DNA of 64,000 bases from Mobula hypostoma (GCF_963921235.1 NC_086097.1:223636001-223700000), one strand, 5' to 3'. Positions 12,457 through 27,270 are shown, counted from the stretch's first letter. The notes: generated from the sequence alone by a model not told the origin. Translations and numbers: made by a program.

Positions 12457-13656
12457 GGCTACGTTGACACTAGACCGGATAATTTTGAAAACGCCGGTTT
12501 CGCGTAAAAATGATAGGCATCCACACCAGGCATTTTCAAAGTACCTCTGTCCACATTAGAACGGATATTTGGGCGAATCTCCTCCTACTGGGCATGCGCA
12601 GGACACACAGAAAACAAGCGAAGAGGAAACGGTATACTTGGCGCGCGTTTGTCCAGTTACAGACTTGGAAAACTTAAAAGGAAATTGCCAAACGAAAGAC
12701 TTGGTGCGCGTTTGTCTAGAAACATTTCCTACGGCCATAGTCTCTTCACCGATGAAAGGGACGACAGCTACAACTAAATGCAATTGTTTGCCTTTACTTT
12801 TGCCAGGTCTTTGCATATTATTTTGCTGTATTTAACACGTGCAATAAAACGAGTTACTGGGCAAAAGTGACAATTGCACCTATTGAATGTTTGCACAAGC
12901 AATACATTTATAATGTTATACGAGCGTGGCGGTGGACGAACCCAAGTGCAGAACACAGGTGCGGGGACAGAGTCAGGAGGCGTTATTGCCGTAGCGAGCC
13001 TGGAATTGGTTTCCAACAGAGTCTTTACACAAAGTCTTGGGTTTGGAGAGAATCCAGGAGCGATGCTAGACTTAGAACTAACAGTCATAAGGACCATGAA
13101 ACGAAGCTACTCACACTGGAGTTGACCAATGAACTGACAGCTTCTTGTTGTGATCACAGGGTCTTTATCCTGCATTTTCTGATGGAAAGCAGGTGTGTGT
13201 AGTTAGTGGAACCTGGGAATGACTGGAAATTAAAGGAGGGGATTGAGCCCCAATTCCTGAGGTAAATAGTAAGGTGGGGGATTGCCAGAAGGGACCATGA
13301 CAAATAAAGCACCTTGTTAAATGTATAAAACATGTCTGCACCAGTGTTATCTTGTATTTCCATACAATCATTAGGCTGTTACACATCTATTGTCAGATAT
13401 TGCTGTTGTGGTGTTGGAGGTTGTGTTTAAGAAAACAATGAAATGCCGCGCTGCTGCCACCATTTGTTCCGGCACGTCATGACAGTGTTTTTAAAATTAG
13501 CCGGTTACCCCGTACACACTACAACGGCCAACCGGCGTTTTCAGATTTAAGCTCCGTTTTCGGGGGAGGAAAACACCATTTCAGTGTGGACGGGGGGTCA
13601 AAACGAAGAGAAAAAGCTTCTGTTACGGATTTATCCGGTCTAGTGTGGATGTAGCC
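12457..13656. mobile_element. PIF/Harbinger-like non-autonomous transposon
   Basis: TIRs GGCTACGTTGACACTAGACCGGATAA / TTATCCGGTCTAGTGTGGATGTAGCC with a 3-bp TSD (TGA) on both sides. Confidence 0.85.
12914..13302. mobile_element. Probable solo LTR nested in the Harbinger-like element
   Basis: Termini TGTTATA...CATGACA, imperfect 5-bp flanks TATAA/AATAA, about 390 bp and non-coding. Confidence 0.55.
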
Positions 13657-13659
13657 TGA

Positions 13660-16600
13660 GACTGCGTCTGTCCTTTGTTTCACGGATTCCTGGTTAAACC
13701 ATTCCGTACCGGATGCAGCAATCCAGATCGACGGGTTTACTATACACCGCCAGGATAGATCTATAGAGTCTCTCAAAAGCAGAGGTGAAGGAGTATGCCT
13801 CATGATCAACTCTTCTTGGTGCACAAATATATCAGTGCTGTCCCAATTCTGCTCACCAGGCCTGGAATATATAGCAGTAAAGTGTCGTCCTTTTTACCTA
13901 CCACAGGAGTTCTCTGGGGTCATTCTGGTAGCAGTTTATATTCCACCTCAGGCCAATGTCAAACAGGTTTTAGATGATTCGAGCAATGGGATCAACATGC
14001 ACAAAACAGCGCACCCTAACGCCTTCACCATCATTTTGAGAGATTTTAACAAGGCCAGCCTGAAAAAAAAATCACTAAGCAATTACCATCAACAGATCAC
14101 TTACAATACCAGAGGAAACAACACACTGGACCATTGCTACACCACCATCAAGAATGCCTACCATGCTATTCCACGCCCTCACTTCAGGAAGTCTGATCAC
14201 CTGGCTGTACTTCTAATCCCTGAGTATAGGCAGAGACTGAAGACTGCGGCACCAGTAGTGAGGACCAAGAAAGTTTGGACAAGGCAAGTACAGGAGCGCC
14301 TATAGGACTGCTTTGAATCAGTGGACTGGACTGCATTCAGGGATTCATCTTTGAATCAGGATGAGTATGCTGCAGTTGTTACTGACTTCATTAAAACCTG
14401 TGTGGATGAGTGTGTGCCTGTAAAGATTTACAGTACATTCCCAAACCAAAAGCCGTAGATGAACCAGGAGGTACGTCGTCTGCTGGCATTCAGGTCTGGC
14501 AACCCAGGCCTGTACCAGAAAACCAGGCATGATTTGCGGAGGGCTATTTCAAGGGCGAAGAGAAAACTTAGAGCGGGGTTGGAGGTAATATCAGATGCAT
14601 GGCAACTCTGGCAGGGTCTGCAAGACATTAATTCCTACAAAGCAAAACCCAATAGTATGAATGGCAGCGAAGCTTCACTACCAGATGAACTCAACGCCTT
14701 CTACACATACTTTGAAAGGGAGAACACAACTACATCTGTGAAGATCCCTGCTGCACCTGATGACCCTGTGATCTCTGTCTCAGAGGCTGATGTTAAACTG
14801 TCTATAAAGAGGGTGCACCCTCGCAAGGCAGTAAGTCCCGATGGAGTAACCGGTAAGGCTCTAAAAACCTGTGCCAACCAACCAGCAGGAGTATTCAAGG
14901 ACATTTTCAAACTCTCACCGCTACGGGCAGAAGTTCCCACTTGCTTCAAAAAGGAAACAATTATGCACAGTGCCTAAGAAGAATAATGTGGGCTGCCTTA
15001 ATGTCTATCGCCCGGTAGCACTCACATTGACAGTGCTGAAATGCTTTGAGGGACTGGTCAAGACTAGACTGAACTCCTGCCTCAGCAAGGACCTGGACCC
15101 ATTACCGCAATAGGTCAACGGCAGATGCAATCTCAATGGCTCTCCACACGGCTTTAGACCACCTGGACAACACAAACACCTATGTCAGAATGCTGTTCAT
15201 AGACTACGGTTCAGCATTTAATACCATCATTCCCACAATCCTGATTGAGAAGTTGCAGAACCTGGGTCTCTGTACCTCCCTCTGCAATTGGATACTCGAC
15301 TTCCTAACCGGAAGACCACAGTCTGTGCGGATTAGTGATAACATATCCACCTTGCAGACGATCAACACTGGCGCACCTCAGCGGTGTGTGCTTAGCCCAC
15401 TGCTCTATTCTGTATATACACGACTGTGTGGCTAGGCGTAGCTCAAATACAATCTACAAATTTGCTGATGGTACAACCATTGTTGGTAGAATCTCAGGTG
15501 GTGACGAGAGGGTGTACAGGAGTGAGATATGCCAACTAGTGGAATGGTGCCACAGCAACAACCTGGCACTCAACATCAATAAGACGAAAGAGCTGATTGT
15601 GGACTTCAGGAAGGGTAAGACGAAGGTGCACATAACAATCCTCATAGAGGTATCAGAAGTGGAGAGAGTGAACAGCTTCAAGTTCCTCGGTGTCAGGATC
15701 TCTCAGGATCTAACCTGGTCCCAACATATTGATGTAGTCATAAAGAAGGCAAGACAGTGGCTATACTTTATTAGGAGTTTGAAGAGATTTGGCATGTCAA
15801 CAAATACACTCAAAAACTTCTATAGTTGTACCGTGGAGAGCATTCTGACAGGCTGCATCACTGTCTGGTATGGAGGGGCTACTGCACAGGACCGATAGAA
15901 GCTGCAGAAGGTTGTAAATCTAGTCAGCTCCAGCTTGGATACAAGCCTACAAAGTACCCAGGACATCTTTAGGGAGTGGTGTCCATTATTAAGGAACTCC
16001 AGCACCCAGGGCATGACCTTTTCTCACTGTTACCATCAGGTAGATACAGAAGCCTGAGGGCACACACTCAGCGATTCAGGAATAGCTTCTTCCCCTCTGC
16101 CATCCGATTCCTAAATGGACATTGAAGCTTTAGACACTACCCCACTTTTTTTTTTAAAAGAAAAATATACAGTATTTCTGTTTTTGCACATTTTTATAAT
16201 TTTTTTTCTTAACCCATCAACAAAGTGGAGAGTTATACAGTGCAAAACAAACGTGTCCAATATATAATTCATAACAATAAGAAAAAAGCACCCAAAATAA
16301 AAACATATAAAATTAGTGTCCTCCCTATCCTCCCACTATAAAACCCTAGGCCAACCATTTCTATGTATAAAAGAAAAATTAATCAGAGCATTCAACCCCA
16401 CAGAGCTGTAAATATATATAAAAAAGAAAATATAATGTCAACTACCAAAATTATAATGTAATAAACAAAAAACCGTACTTACAGGAAAAAAAGCTAAAAG
16501 TAAGGGATTGTAGTACCAAAAAAAGGATAAACTTAATCTAAAGAGTTATGAAAGTATTCAAGAAAAGGTCCCCACACCTTATGAAACTTAATGTCCAAAT

Positions 16601-17300
16601 TAAGAAGTGAATAATGAATCTTTTCAAGGTCTGAGCAGCACGTAATATCACTAAGCCATTGAGCATGAGTGGGTGGGGCAGCATCTCTCCACCTAATAAG
16701 AACTAACCGTCTAGCCAAGAGAGAGGCAAAAGATAATGTTCGACGTTTAGCCGGACTCAAGTGCATATCTACTTCACCCAAGGTGCCAAAAAGAGCAATC
16801 AGAGGGTTAGATTCCAAGTGGCAATTAAGAATATGGGATAGAGTTGAAAAAGCTTCTCTCCAAAATTTCTCTAGACTAGGACAGGCCCAGTACATATGGA
16901 TAAGAGAAGCCTCACCTCTTTACACTTATCACAAACAGGACTAATGTCAGGGTAAAACCATGATAATTTAGTTTTAGACATATGAGACCTGTGTACAACC
17001 TTAAACTGCAAAAGGCAATGGCGAGCACATAAAATTAGAATTGCCTGGGAGCATGATTTAAATATTTCCTTATCTGATGCGGTTTGGGATTCAATTCTTA
17101 AGTCATTTAACTTAACCTCTTTATGCACATTTTTAAAAAATCTATTCAACATATGTAATTGATTTACTTGTTTATTTATTATATATTTTATTTATTTTTT
17201 TCTCTCTCTCTGCTAGATTATGTATTGCATTGAACTGCTGCTGCTAAGTTAACAAATTTCAAGTCACATGCCGGTGATAATAAACCTGATTCTGATTCTG
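13660..17300 (+). mobile_element. Rex1/Babar LINE (APE plus RT, disrupted), interrupted by an L1 fragment
   Basis: APE motifs (CRPFYLPQEF, VYIPP, TLDHCY, SDH), RT motifs (GAPQ-CVLSP, KFAD) and a 3' tail AATAAACCTGATTCTGATTCTG. Confidence 0.92.
16197..17123 (-). mobile_element. L1-clade LINE 3' fragment
   Basis: ORFs 16871..17152 and 16533..16895 (CLLQFKVVHR; MYWACPSLEKFW), a T-rich end on the plus strand, and TSD TGCACATTTTTA (16185-16196, 17124-17135). Confidence 0.85.
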
Positions 17301-17514
17301 AGAATCTATGTACATCCCTTAAGAATCAACAACTTAGTAGGCACAGAGGTTGACAAATAGGAGTGAATTGAGGAGAAATTTTTAAACAGAGTGTTGCAAA
17401 CATTTAGAATCCTCCATTTCAGTTATAGCTATGGAGTACACTTGAAGCTGATTGACAGTTTTGTTTGGGGGGGATAAGAAAATAGGGTAAATCTTGAGAG
17501 AAAATGAACTTGAG

Positions 17515-18690
17515 GCACACAAACAAGAGAAAACACACAAAATGCTGGAGGAACTCAGCAGGGCAGGCAGCATCTATGGAAAAAGAGTACAGTCGACGCT
17601 TCTGGCCGAGACCCTTCATCAGGAGTGGAGGAAAAAAAGATGAGGGGTCAGAGTAAGAAGGTGGGGGGAGGGGATGAAGAAACACAAGGTAATAGGTGAA
17701 ACAGGGCAGAAGTAAAGAGCTGGGAAGTTGATTTGTGAAAGAGATACAGGGCCAGAGAAGGAGGAATCTGATACGACAGGACAGAAGACCATGGAAGAAA
17801 GAAAGGTGGGGAGGGGGGGAATGAGCACCAAAGGGAGGTGATAGGCAGGTAGGGAGATAAGGTGGGTGGGGGGGAGAATCAGGAATGGTGAAGGAGAGGG
17901 GGGAGGGTATTACCGGATGTTCATGCCATCAGGTTATACAAGGTATTGCTCCTCCAACCTGAGTGTGGCCTCATCGTGACAGTAGAGGAGGCCATGGACT
18001 GACAGGTTGGAATAGGAACGGGAAATGGAATTAAAATGGGTGGCCACTGGGAGATCCCACTTTTTCTAGCAGATGAAGTGATGGTGCTCAGCGAAGCAGT
18101 CTCCCAATCAACATCGGGTCTCACCGATATACAGGAGGCCACACCTGGAACATCGGACACAGTATGTGATCTCAACAGACTCACAGGTGAAGCGTTGCCT
18201 ACCTGGAAGAACTGCTTGGGGCCCCGAATGGTAGTGATGGAGAAGGTGTAGGGCAGGTGTAGCACTTGTTCTGCTTGCAAGAAGAAGTGTCAGGAGAGTG
18301 AACAGGAAAGATGTGCTTGGTGGTGGGATCCTGTTAGAAAAGGCAGGAATTACAGAGAATTGTGTGCTGGACGTGGAGGCTAGTGGGGTGGTAGGTGTGG
18401 AGAAGAGGAACCTTAACCCTAGTGGGGTGGTGGGAGGATGAGGTGAGGGCAGACGTGTGTTAAATGGAAGAGGTGCGGTTGGGGGCAGCGTTGATGGTGA
18501 AGGAAAGGAAGCCCCTTTCTTTAAAGGGAGAACTAAGGACATCTCCATAGTTCTGAAATGTAAAGCCTCAACTTGAGAGCAGATGCAGCAAAGACAGAAA
18601 AATTGAAAGAAGGGTATGGCATTTTACAATTAACAGTGTGTGAAGAGGTGTAGTCCAGGTAGCTGTAAGAGTCAGTGGGTTTATAATAGA
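17515..18690 (-). mobile_element. PLE 3' part: RT C-terminus, GIY-YIG remnant, 3' UTR and mutated hammerhead (17591-17626)
   Basis: YYKPTDSYSYLDYTSSH and FTCESVEITYCVRCSRCGLLYIGETR. The minus strand reads CUGAUGA-AGGGUCUCGGCCA-GAAGCGUC^GACU. Confidence 0.88.
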
Positions 18691-19149
18691 CACGAATCTC
18701 TCATTAACTTATTGAACAATGGAGCAAGCAATCTACATCCATTTCTATTTATCTTCTCAATGTGACAAATTTCTGTGAACAGACTTGGGAGAAGTTGGTA
18801 AATTAGGGGTACTAACGGATCCAGATTATCAAAATAAAATCATAAATAATGCAGATGAATAAGTCAAAACAGTGTGAATCACTCTTCCAGCAAAGCACTA
18901 GGCAGCAATGTTTTGCATTTAAAATTACAAATTACAAATCTGCAATACTACTGTGATTTCCAAATAAAGACAGCAATTGAAATAAATTGATTTCACCCCC
19001 TTCAAAGAGTCAGCAGATTGAAATTCCTAAACTTCAACAAGCAATCTGAATTTCTCATTGAGCTTCTTCAATACTTCACTTTAACTGTCAAGATGTTGAA
19101 AAAAAATCAAAAGATTTCTATTTTGAAGTTTAAAAGTACAGTAAATGTG

Positions 19150-22090
19150 TTTTAAAGATTTTTTTAAAAATGGAACAAGGAGATTGGTCATAATTATTGT
19201 TTAAAAGAGCTTCAAGAAGACATGAATAATAAAGTCCTGCTTAGAGGTTAGCAAACATTTACTTAAGTTTTCTATCTAAAATAATTGATCATTGGTTGAG
19301 AAATATAGATGAGATAAAGAGAGTGTTCTGTCATGGGTTCTGTGACAACTAATGTTCTCCAAAGAGTTGTTCTGAGGTCTTGACTTTTAATCATATATTC
19401 TTAACCTGATTACATAACTCTCTTTTTGTGGAAAAAAAAGGAAGTTCACAGACAGAAACCAGTTTGAAAGACAGCAATCTTTAGTGAAAAGCAACAAAGA
19501 GCATCGGGAACAGAGGAGATAACTTAGAATTTTTTTTTAATATTGGAAGACTAACAGCTGTTGCACATACACAAAATTACCAGTTTGCTGATAAGTACAA
19601 AAAGTAATCAAAAAGGCAAAAGATGGTCTTGATCTCCACGTGCATGAAATTTAGAAGAGTAAATAAAGCTTCATTTGCACAGAATCTTGTAGACAAGTGG
19701 AACAGTTCACTTGCCTTCAGACAACAATCCAAAGTAAAGATTTGGGGAGAGGAGCACTACGGGAGAAGAGAAATCAAGCAAATTCACTGAAATTCGCTAA
19801 GGTCTTAAAAGGGTCAAGGTCAAGCTGCATTTCTTCAGTTTGCAATTCTTTGAGCTTAGAAGGTTAGGATGACCCAATGAAGGTGTTCATTCTCATGTAC
19901 AGGACGTAAACACAGACCGAAAGAAAAAAGCATTTAGAGTTAGGCTATTTAGACCAAATGAAGTAGCATATTGTATCACTCAACAGCGAGTAGAAAATGA
20001 AAAACACTCAAAAAAGGTGGTGTTTAGGAATCACCTAAGAATTCCAAGGCCAACATCAATGGACTTTGGTGGGCATATATAATTTTTCCTATGCACAAAG
20101 AACTCAGATTTTATTTACATATGATCTCACTAATTATTAAACACTCAAAAATGAAACAATTTAATTAATTCCATCATGAAACAAAATTTGTTGTAATTCA
20201 ATCTTAATGGAAACCAAGAAAACAAAAAGATAAATGCTTTGACTGATCTTTTGAAGATGACTAATTTAAATACAAACTTTAGGGGGAAATGAAAAAAGGA
20301 ATTAAAGGCAAAAATAGCATTTGGAAAAGATTTTATGAGTAATAGAAAAGAAAACTTTCGAGTTCCTTCTTCAGGCAATTATCCAAGAAAAAAAAATACC
20401 ACTTGGAAAAACAGAGTAAAAATAAATACAAGTCAGCATGGATGTTTTAAAAGCAAATCATGCTTAACAAGCTTTCAGTTTTTTTTTCAAAATAATAAAG
20501 GGATGAATGAAAGTTGATGCATATGGACTATTAAAAGACTGTTGATTAAGAACCACAATGAACATGGACAAAATTAAAGCTTATTGGATTAAAGGAGAAA
20601 AAGATTCTCTGAAGAGGAAACTGATTCAGAGATTAGTTGTGAACAGTCATTTTCCAGACTAAACAAAATGTGCAATGGTGTACCACAGGATGGTGCTGAA
20701 ATCACTGAACTCTTGAACACATACTGCATAACGTTAAGGGCTGAAGAAAACTTGGAGATAAGGTAAACAGTAAAGATGACAGCAACAGACTTCAGGGGGA
20801 CAAGCATGGTGGTAAAATAGGCAGATGAAATTTAATAAAATGAAGTATGAAGTGATTTAATTTGATAATAAGGATGGTGAGAAGCAGTATAACCTACAAC
20901 ACAGAAGCAGAGAAACATGGATATCTGTGGATATCCTTGAAGATGGAAGTACCTATTGAACAAACTTAAAATGTACAGGATGATGTGGTAACATTAATTT
21001 TAAAACAGGCTTGGAACGTACCAGATGGCTAAATCTAGCAACAAAATTTGGAAAGGACATCAATGTCTTAAAGAGGATGCAGAGAAATTTACATTGCCAG
21101 GAATGAAATTCATCTGTAACGTGGAGAAATGAGAAACTTGTGTTTCTCATTAGACAGCAGACAGCTAAGTGGAGATCTGGTATGAACTGCTTTGATAGAA
21201 ATTTTTAAAAAGGCAACTATTTCTCCAGGCAAATGGCTGAATAATCAGAGGAGGAATGCACAATGAATGGTAAGGCCCTCGGGAGTATTGAGGAATAGAA
21301 GGACTTGTACAAGTCCAAGGATTCCTGAAGGTGGCAGCATGGATAGATAAGGTGGTGAAAATATGATACATCATTACAAAAAGATTGGCTAAACACTGTA
21401 CAATTTTGGCCACTACATTATGCGAAGGTTATGATTGCACTAGATAGGTTGCAGAAGACATTCACTTAATGCTGCCTGGGTTAGAATGTTTCAAATATGA
21501 GGAGAATGGATTGGCTGGTTTGTATTCCTTTGAGTGAAGTAGAGGTGTAATTGAGGGAAACAAAATTATGAGGGGCACAGACAGAACAGATGGCAGGAAA
21601 CTTTTTTCATTAATGGAAGTGTCAAAAACAAGAGGGCAGATTTAGGGTAACAGGGAAGAGGTTTAAGCAGGAATCTGAGGAAGAATTGTTTTTCCACCCA
21701 AAGGGAAGTTGGAACCTGAAATACACTGAGTAGGAGGTGGAAGTGGGTAATCTCACATTCAGGAGTGAATCAGCTAACGATTTCAATTAACTACAGATCA
21801 AGTATTGGTAAACAGGATTAGGGTAGGTAGGTGATTGATTGTCAGTGTGAACAGAGTGGGCCAAAGGACATCCTTTGAAAGATTCAAGTAATTGGCAAAA
21901 TAATCCAAGACAATGAGGGGGAAAAGGTCTTAAATTGTAGAACTGGAATGCTTAGCTTGAAGCAGTTTAAAATTTACTTTCAAAAGAGAATTTGATAAAT
22001 ATTTTAGGCAGGAGAACTTGCAAGGCCCTTTGAAAAGAGGAGAGGAGTAAAATTAGATAACTTTTTGAAAAAGCCAATGCAGGAAGATGG
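19150..22090 (+). mobile_element. Several old CR1 LINE fragments
   Basis: Decayed SQHGCFKSKSCLT and LKRMQR-type motifs plus CR1-like 3' UTR pieces. Boundaries are approximate. Confidence 0.55.
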
Positions 22091-22104
22091 TTACGAGATC
22101 TCTA

Positions 22105-24030
22105 CAGTTGCAAGAAAAAGTTTGTAACCCCTTTGCAATTACGTAGTTTTTTGCATTAATTACTCATAAAATGTTGCCTAATCTTCATCTGTTACTATAA
22201 TAGATAAACACAATCTGCCTAAATTAATAACACAAATAATAGTTTTTCTTGTCAAAACGGAATACACCATTTAAACAAAAAGGGTTCAAAAAGTATGTGA
22301 ACCTCTGGGGTAATGCCTTCTACAAAAGCTATTTGAAGTCAGAAGTCAATGAATGCTGAAGGAGATGAAAAAGAACACAAGTGTAACAGTAAAAGACCTG
22401 TAGAAATCTCTAGAACTTGCTAAAGTCTCTGCTCACGTGTCCACAATATGAAAAACACTGAACACAAAAGGTGTTCAGGGAAAGACACCACAGAAGAAAA
22501 CTATTGCTCTCCAAAAAAAAAATTGTTGCACATCTCAAGTTTGCAAAAGACCAGCTGGATGTTCCACAATGCTTCTAGGACAATATTCTGCAGACAGATG
22601 AGACAAAGGTTCAACCTTTTAGCAGAAGTGCACACTGCTATGTTCGGAGGAAAAAGGGCACTGCACACCAACACCAAAACCTCATTCTAACTGTGAAGCA
22701 TGGTGGAAGGAACATCATGGTTTGGGGCTGCTTTGCTGCCTCAGGGCCTGGACAGCTTGCAATTAGACCATAAGACAAAGGAGCAGGTCGGCCATTCGGC
22801 CCATCAAGTCTGCACCGCCATTTTATCATGAGCTGATCCATTCTCCCATTTAGTCCCACTCCCCCGCCTTCTCACCATAACCTTTGATGCCCTGGCTACT
22901 CAGATACCTATCAACCTCTGCCTTAAATACACCCAATGACTTGGCCTCTACTGCCGTCCGTGGCAACAAATTCCATAGATTCACCACCCTCTGGCTAGAA
23001 AAATTTCTTCGCACCTCTGTTCTGAATGGGCGCCCTTCAATCCTTAAGTCATGCCCTCTCGTACTAGACTCCCCCATCATGGGAAACAACTTTGCCACAT
23101 CCACTCTGTCCATGCCTTTCAATATTCGAAATGTTTCTACGAGGTCTCCCCTCAGTTCTTCTAAACTCCAAGGAATACAGTCCAAGAGCGGACAAACGTT
23201 CCCCATGTGTTAACCCTCTCATTCCCAGAATCATTCTAGTGAACCTTCTCTGTTCCCTCTCCAATGTCAGCACATCCTTTCTTAAATAAGGAGACCAAAG
23301 CTGCCCACAGTACTCCAAGTGAGGTCTCACCAGCGCCTTATAGAGCCTCAACATCACATCCCTGCTCCTATACTCTATTCCTCTAGAAATTAATGCCAAC
23401 ATCGCATTCGCCTTCTTCACCAATTGTTGAGGTAACAATGAATTCAAAATTGTATCAAGGCATTTTACAAGAGAACGTCATCATAGCCGTATGTCACCTG
23501 AAGCTTAACAAATATTGGATGATGCAACAAGACAATGATCTGAAACACAAGAGTAAATCAACAACAGAATGGTTTAAAAAGAGGAAAATTCATGTTTTGG
23601 GATGGCCAAGTCAGAGTCCAGACTTTAACCCAATTGAGATAATGTGGCAGGACCTGCAGAGGGCTATTCATGCAAGGTTTCTGAGAAATATTGATGAACT
23701 GAAACAGTTTTGTATGGAGGAATGGTCTTAAATTCCTCCTCACCATTGTCCAAGTATGATCAGCAGCTATAGGAAATGCTTGATTGTTACTAAATGAGGT
23801 TCTACCAGTTATTAAATACAAGTGCTCACATACTTTTTCTGGCCTGGGCTGTGAATGATGAAACAATGTGTTCAATAAAGACATGACAAGTACAATTGTT
23901 TGTGTGTTATTAGCTTAGGCAGATTGTGTTAGTCTATTATTGTGACTGAGATGAAGATCAGACCACATTTTATAATTAATGCAGAAAACTAGGTAATTGC
24001 AAAGGGTTCACAAACATTTTCTTGCAACTG
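22105..24030 (+). mobile_element. Tc1-like transposon (defective), interrupted by CR1
   Basis: Long TIRs TA|CAGTTGCAAGAAAA...TTTTCTTGCAACTG|TA and transposase motifs DETK, KHGG, QQDNDLKH and SPDFNPIE. Confidence 0.93.
22765..23420 (-). mobile_element. CR1 LINE 3' fragment
   Basis: LYKALVRPHLEYC and FSSQRVVNLWN, a CR1 3' tail, and a short CAATT duplication at the junctions. Confidence 0.92.
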
Positions 24031-24764
24031 TACATCTGTGGTATCTATGTCTCAGTTGTGCTAATTTTAGCCATAACAGTAAAATCTATTTTGTAGAATG
24101 CTACTGTGAATATCCTCTAATTTCAGAACATCTAATGTGCATAAAAGGAATCATAAAGTATTAAAGCAATACTATCATTTTCTGACTCACTCATATTCCC
24201 ATGAGCAAAAATTGAATTCAAATTTAACTTAATTTCTATGAAAGAATAACCTGAATTCAAGCTCACTATTGCTTGCAAAAAATATTGAATGGTTATTTGT
24301 ACGGCTTGGAAGTATAGTGTGTAAATGTTGTACTTAGTCCAATTTTTTTTATTGCTAGGATCAAACAGACATTAAAACTTCTCTTAAACCAATTGTTTAA
24401 ATGGAATTACTATTGGTTTTTAAACACATTAGTTGATCCACTGAAATGATCCCTGAAGTCACATAATGTTCACGATCTCCTGATTAAATGCAATATGCTG
24501 TTAATATTAAAAGGTCCATTCACTCAAAGTATCAAATACACAACCCAAAGTCAATATATCAAACTAAAAATGTGGTTTATTGTTTCCTTTAAACAATATC
24601 AGCAGTTTCTTGAGGAGAGGATCTGGATGTGAAGATGAACTGTTTGCACCATAGCACTACAGTCTTTAACAAATATGACTGTTAGCTCTATTTCCTTTAA
24701 TTATGCTTTTGTAATTAGCAACATTATATATCAAGTCTAACAACCTTATTATCAGTTTAGAATA

Positions 24765-26380
24765 CAGTGGCATGCAAAAGTTTGGGCACACCTGGTCAAA
24801 ATATCTGTTACTGTGAATAGCTAAGGGAGTAAAAAGATGACCTGATTTCCAAAAGGCATAAAGTTAAAGAAGACATATTTCTTTAATATTTCAAGCAAGA
24901 TTACTTTTTTATTTCCATCTTTTACAGTTTCAAAATAACAAAAAAGGAAAAGGGCCCGAAGCAAAAGTTTGGGCACCCTGCATGGTCAGTACTTAGTAAC
25001 ACCCCCTTTGGCAAGTATCACAGCTTGTAAACGCTTTCTGTAGCCAGCTAAGAGTCTTTCAATTCTTGTTTGGGGGATTTTCGCCCATTCTTCTTTGCAA
25101 AAGGCTTCCAGTTTTGTGAGATTCTTGGGCCGTCTTGCATGCACTGCTCTTTTGAGGTCTACCCACAGATTTTCGATGTTTAGGTCGGAGGATTGTGAGG
25201 GCCATGGCAAAACCTTCAGCTTGCACCTCTTGAGGTAGCCCATTGTGGATTTTGAGGCGTGTTTCAGATCATTATCCTGTTGTAGAAGCCATCCCCTTTT
25301 CATCCTCAGCTTTTTTTTTACAGACTGTGTGATGTTTGCTTCCAGAATTTGCTGGTATTTAATTGAATTCATTCTTCCCTCTACTAGTGAAATGTTCTCC
25401 GTGCCACTGGCTACAACACAAGCCCAAAGCATGATCGATCCACCCCCCATGCTTAACAGTTGGAGAGGTATTCTTTTCATGAAATTCTGCACCCTTTTTT
25501 CTCCAAACATACCTTTGCTCATTGTGGCCAAAAAGTTCTATTTTAACTTCATCAGTCCACAGGACTTATTTCCAAAATCCATCTGGCTTGTTCAGATGTT
25601 CCTTTGCAAACTTCTGACGCTGAATTTTGTGGTGAGGACGCAGGAAAAGTTTTCTTCTGATGACTCTTCCATGAAGGTCATATTTGTGCAGGTGTTGCTG
25701 CACAGTAGAACAGTGCACCACCACTCCAGAGTCTGCTAAATCTTCCTGAAGGACTTTTGCAGTCAAACAGGGGTTTTGATTGGTCTTTCTAGCAATCCTA
25801 CGAGCAGTTCTCTCAGAAAGTTTTCTTGGTCTTCCAGACCTCAACTTGACCTCCACTGTTCCTGTTAACTACCCTTTCTTAATTACATTACGAACTGAGG
25901 AAACGGCTACCTGAAAATGCTCTGCTATTTTCTTAGAGCCTTCTCCTGCTTTGTGGGCATCATTTATTTTAATTTTCAGAGTGCTTGGCAGCTGCTCTGA
26001 GGAGCCCATGACTACTCATTGTTGGGACAAGGTTTGAGGAGTCAGGGTATTTATAAAGCTTTGAAATTTGCATCACCTGCCCTTTCCTAACGATGACTGT
26101 GAACAAGCCATAGCCCTAACAAGCTTATTAAGGCCTGAAACCTTGGTAAAAGTTATCTGAGAGCTCAAATCTCTTGGGGTGCCCAAACTTTTGCATGGTG
26201 CTCCTTTCCTTTTTTTTCCACCCTAAAATTGTACAAAACAAATACACTAACCTTGCTTAAAATGTTGAAAAGAATGTTTCATCTTTATGACTTTTGGAGA
26301 TCAGTTCATCTTCTACTCACTTAACTATTCACAGTAACAGAAATTTTGACCAGGGGTGCCCAAACTTTTGCATGCCACTG
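24765..26380 (-). mobile_element. Full-length Tc1-like (IR/DR type) transposon; transposase pseudogene about 26009 to 24986
   Basis: TIRs TA|CAGTGGCATGCAAAAGTTTGGGCAC...GTGCCCAAACTTTTGCATGCCACTG|TA, inner direct repeats near 24961 and 26180, and motifs GRPRK, QQDNDLKH and GGVTKY*. Confidence 0.96.
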
Positions 26381-27270
26381 TATATCAGTGTTATACATGA
26401 CAGACAATAACTTGCAGAACAAAATCTTTTCTGCAGCACAAGTTTTTTTGAAAACAAGTTAAACATAACTTGTACATAAAGAGTAATAACCTTTAACACA
26501 TTCAATCACTTGCAAATAATCTATAGAAGATAATCTTAGAAATATCAATGTTATTTCATCATGAAACAAGTACTGAACATTACAAACTAATGGTGCTGTA
26601 CACAGTTCTGGAGTACTGTGGGTGGAGAGTTAAAGAAAGCTATTAAACAATGATTGTGTATACATAATCACAAAAACTGCAAAACTGCCAAGCTGCTTCA
26701 TTAAATACCCAAACATTGCCAAACTCACAAAGTAAACAAAGGAACTATGTAGGACTTAAAAACTTTAGAAAAGGTGGCATTACACATTGCAACACAACCA
26801 AACAATATATTGTATCAACAGCACTAAAGTTACATTTAATTTTCTTGAACACCCTGATCATATCGTGTCTGGCAATTGCATAAATCATAATTTATGTTGC
26901 ATTGCTGTTAAAATTACTGGAAATTAACATTCATAAGACATCAAACAATCTTTGTGAGAACTTCACGATCACCACAAAATGTTTTTTTTACTATTCTGAT
27001 TCATCTTGATATCCACTTTATGAAGTTGTGATTTTTGTGAAAATGCATCTTATTTTAAAAAATCTGACAAGTGATTATTTGTACTCTTAATATGATAATG
27101 TCAAATATATCATTGTACAACTAAGCAAACTTTATGATATATGTCATTCAAATCTTCCTTAACTATTTCATTAGAAGGGATCTTCAGTTACATTGTCGAG
27201 ATTTAAGGGAAAACCTTAAACCTCTATTTGTATTTTAAAATGGAAATTTAAAAAAATTTCAAATACATAC

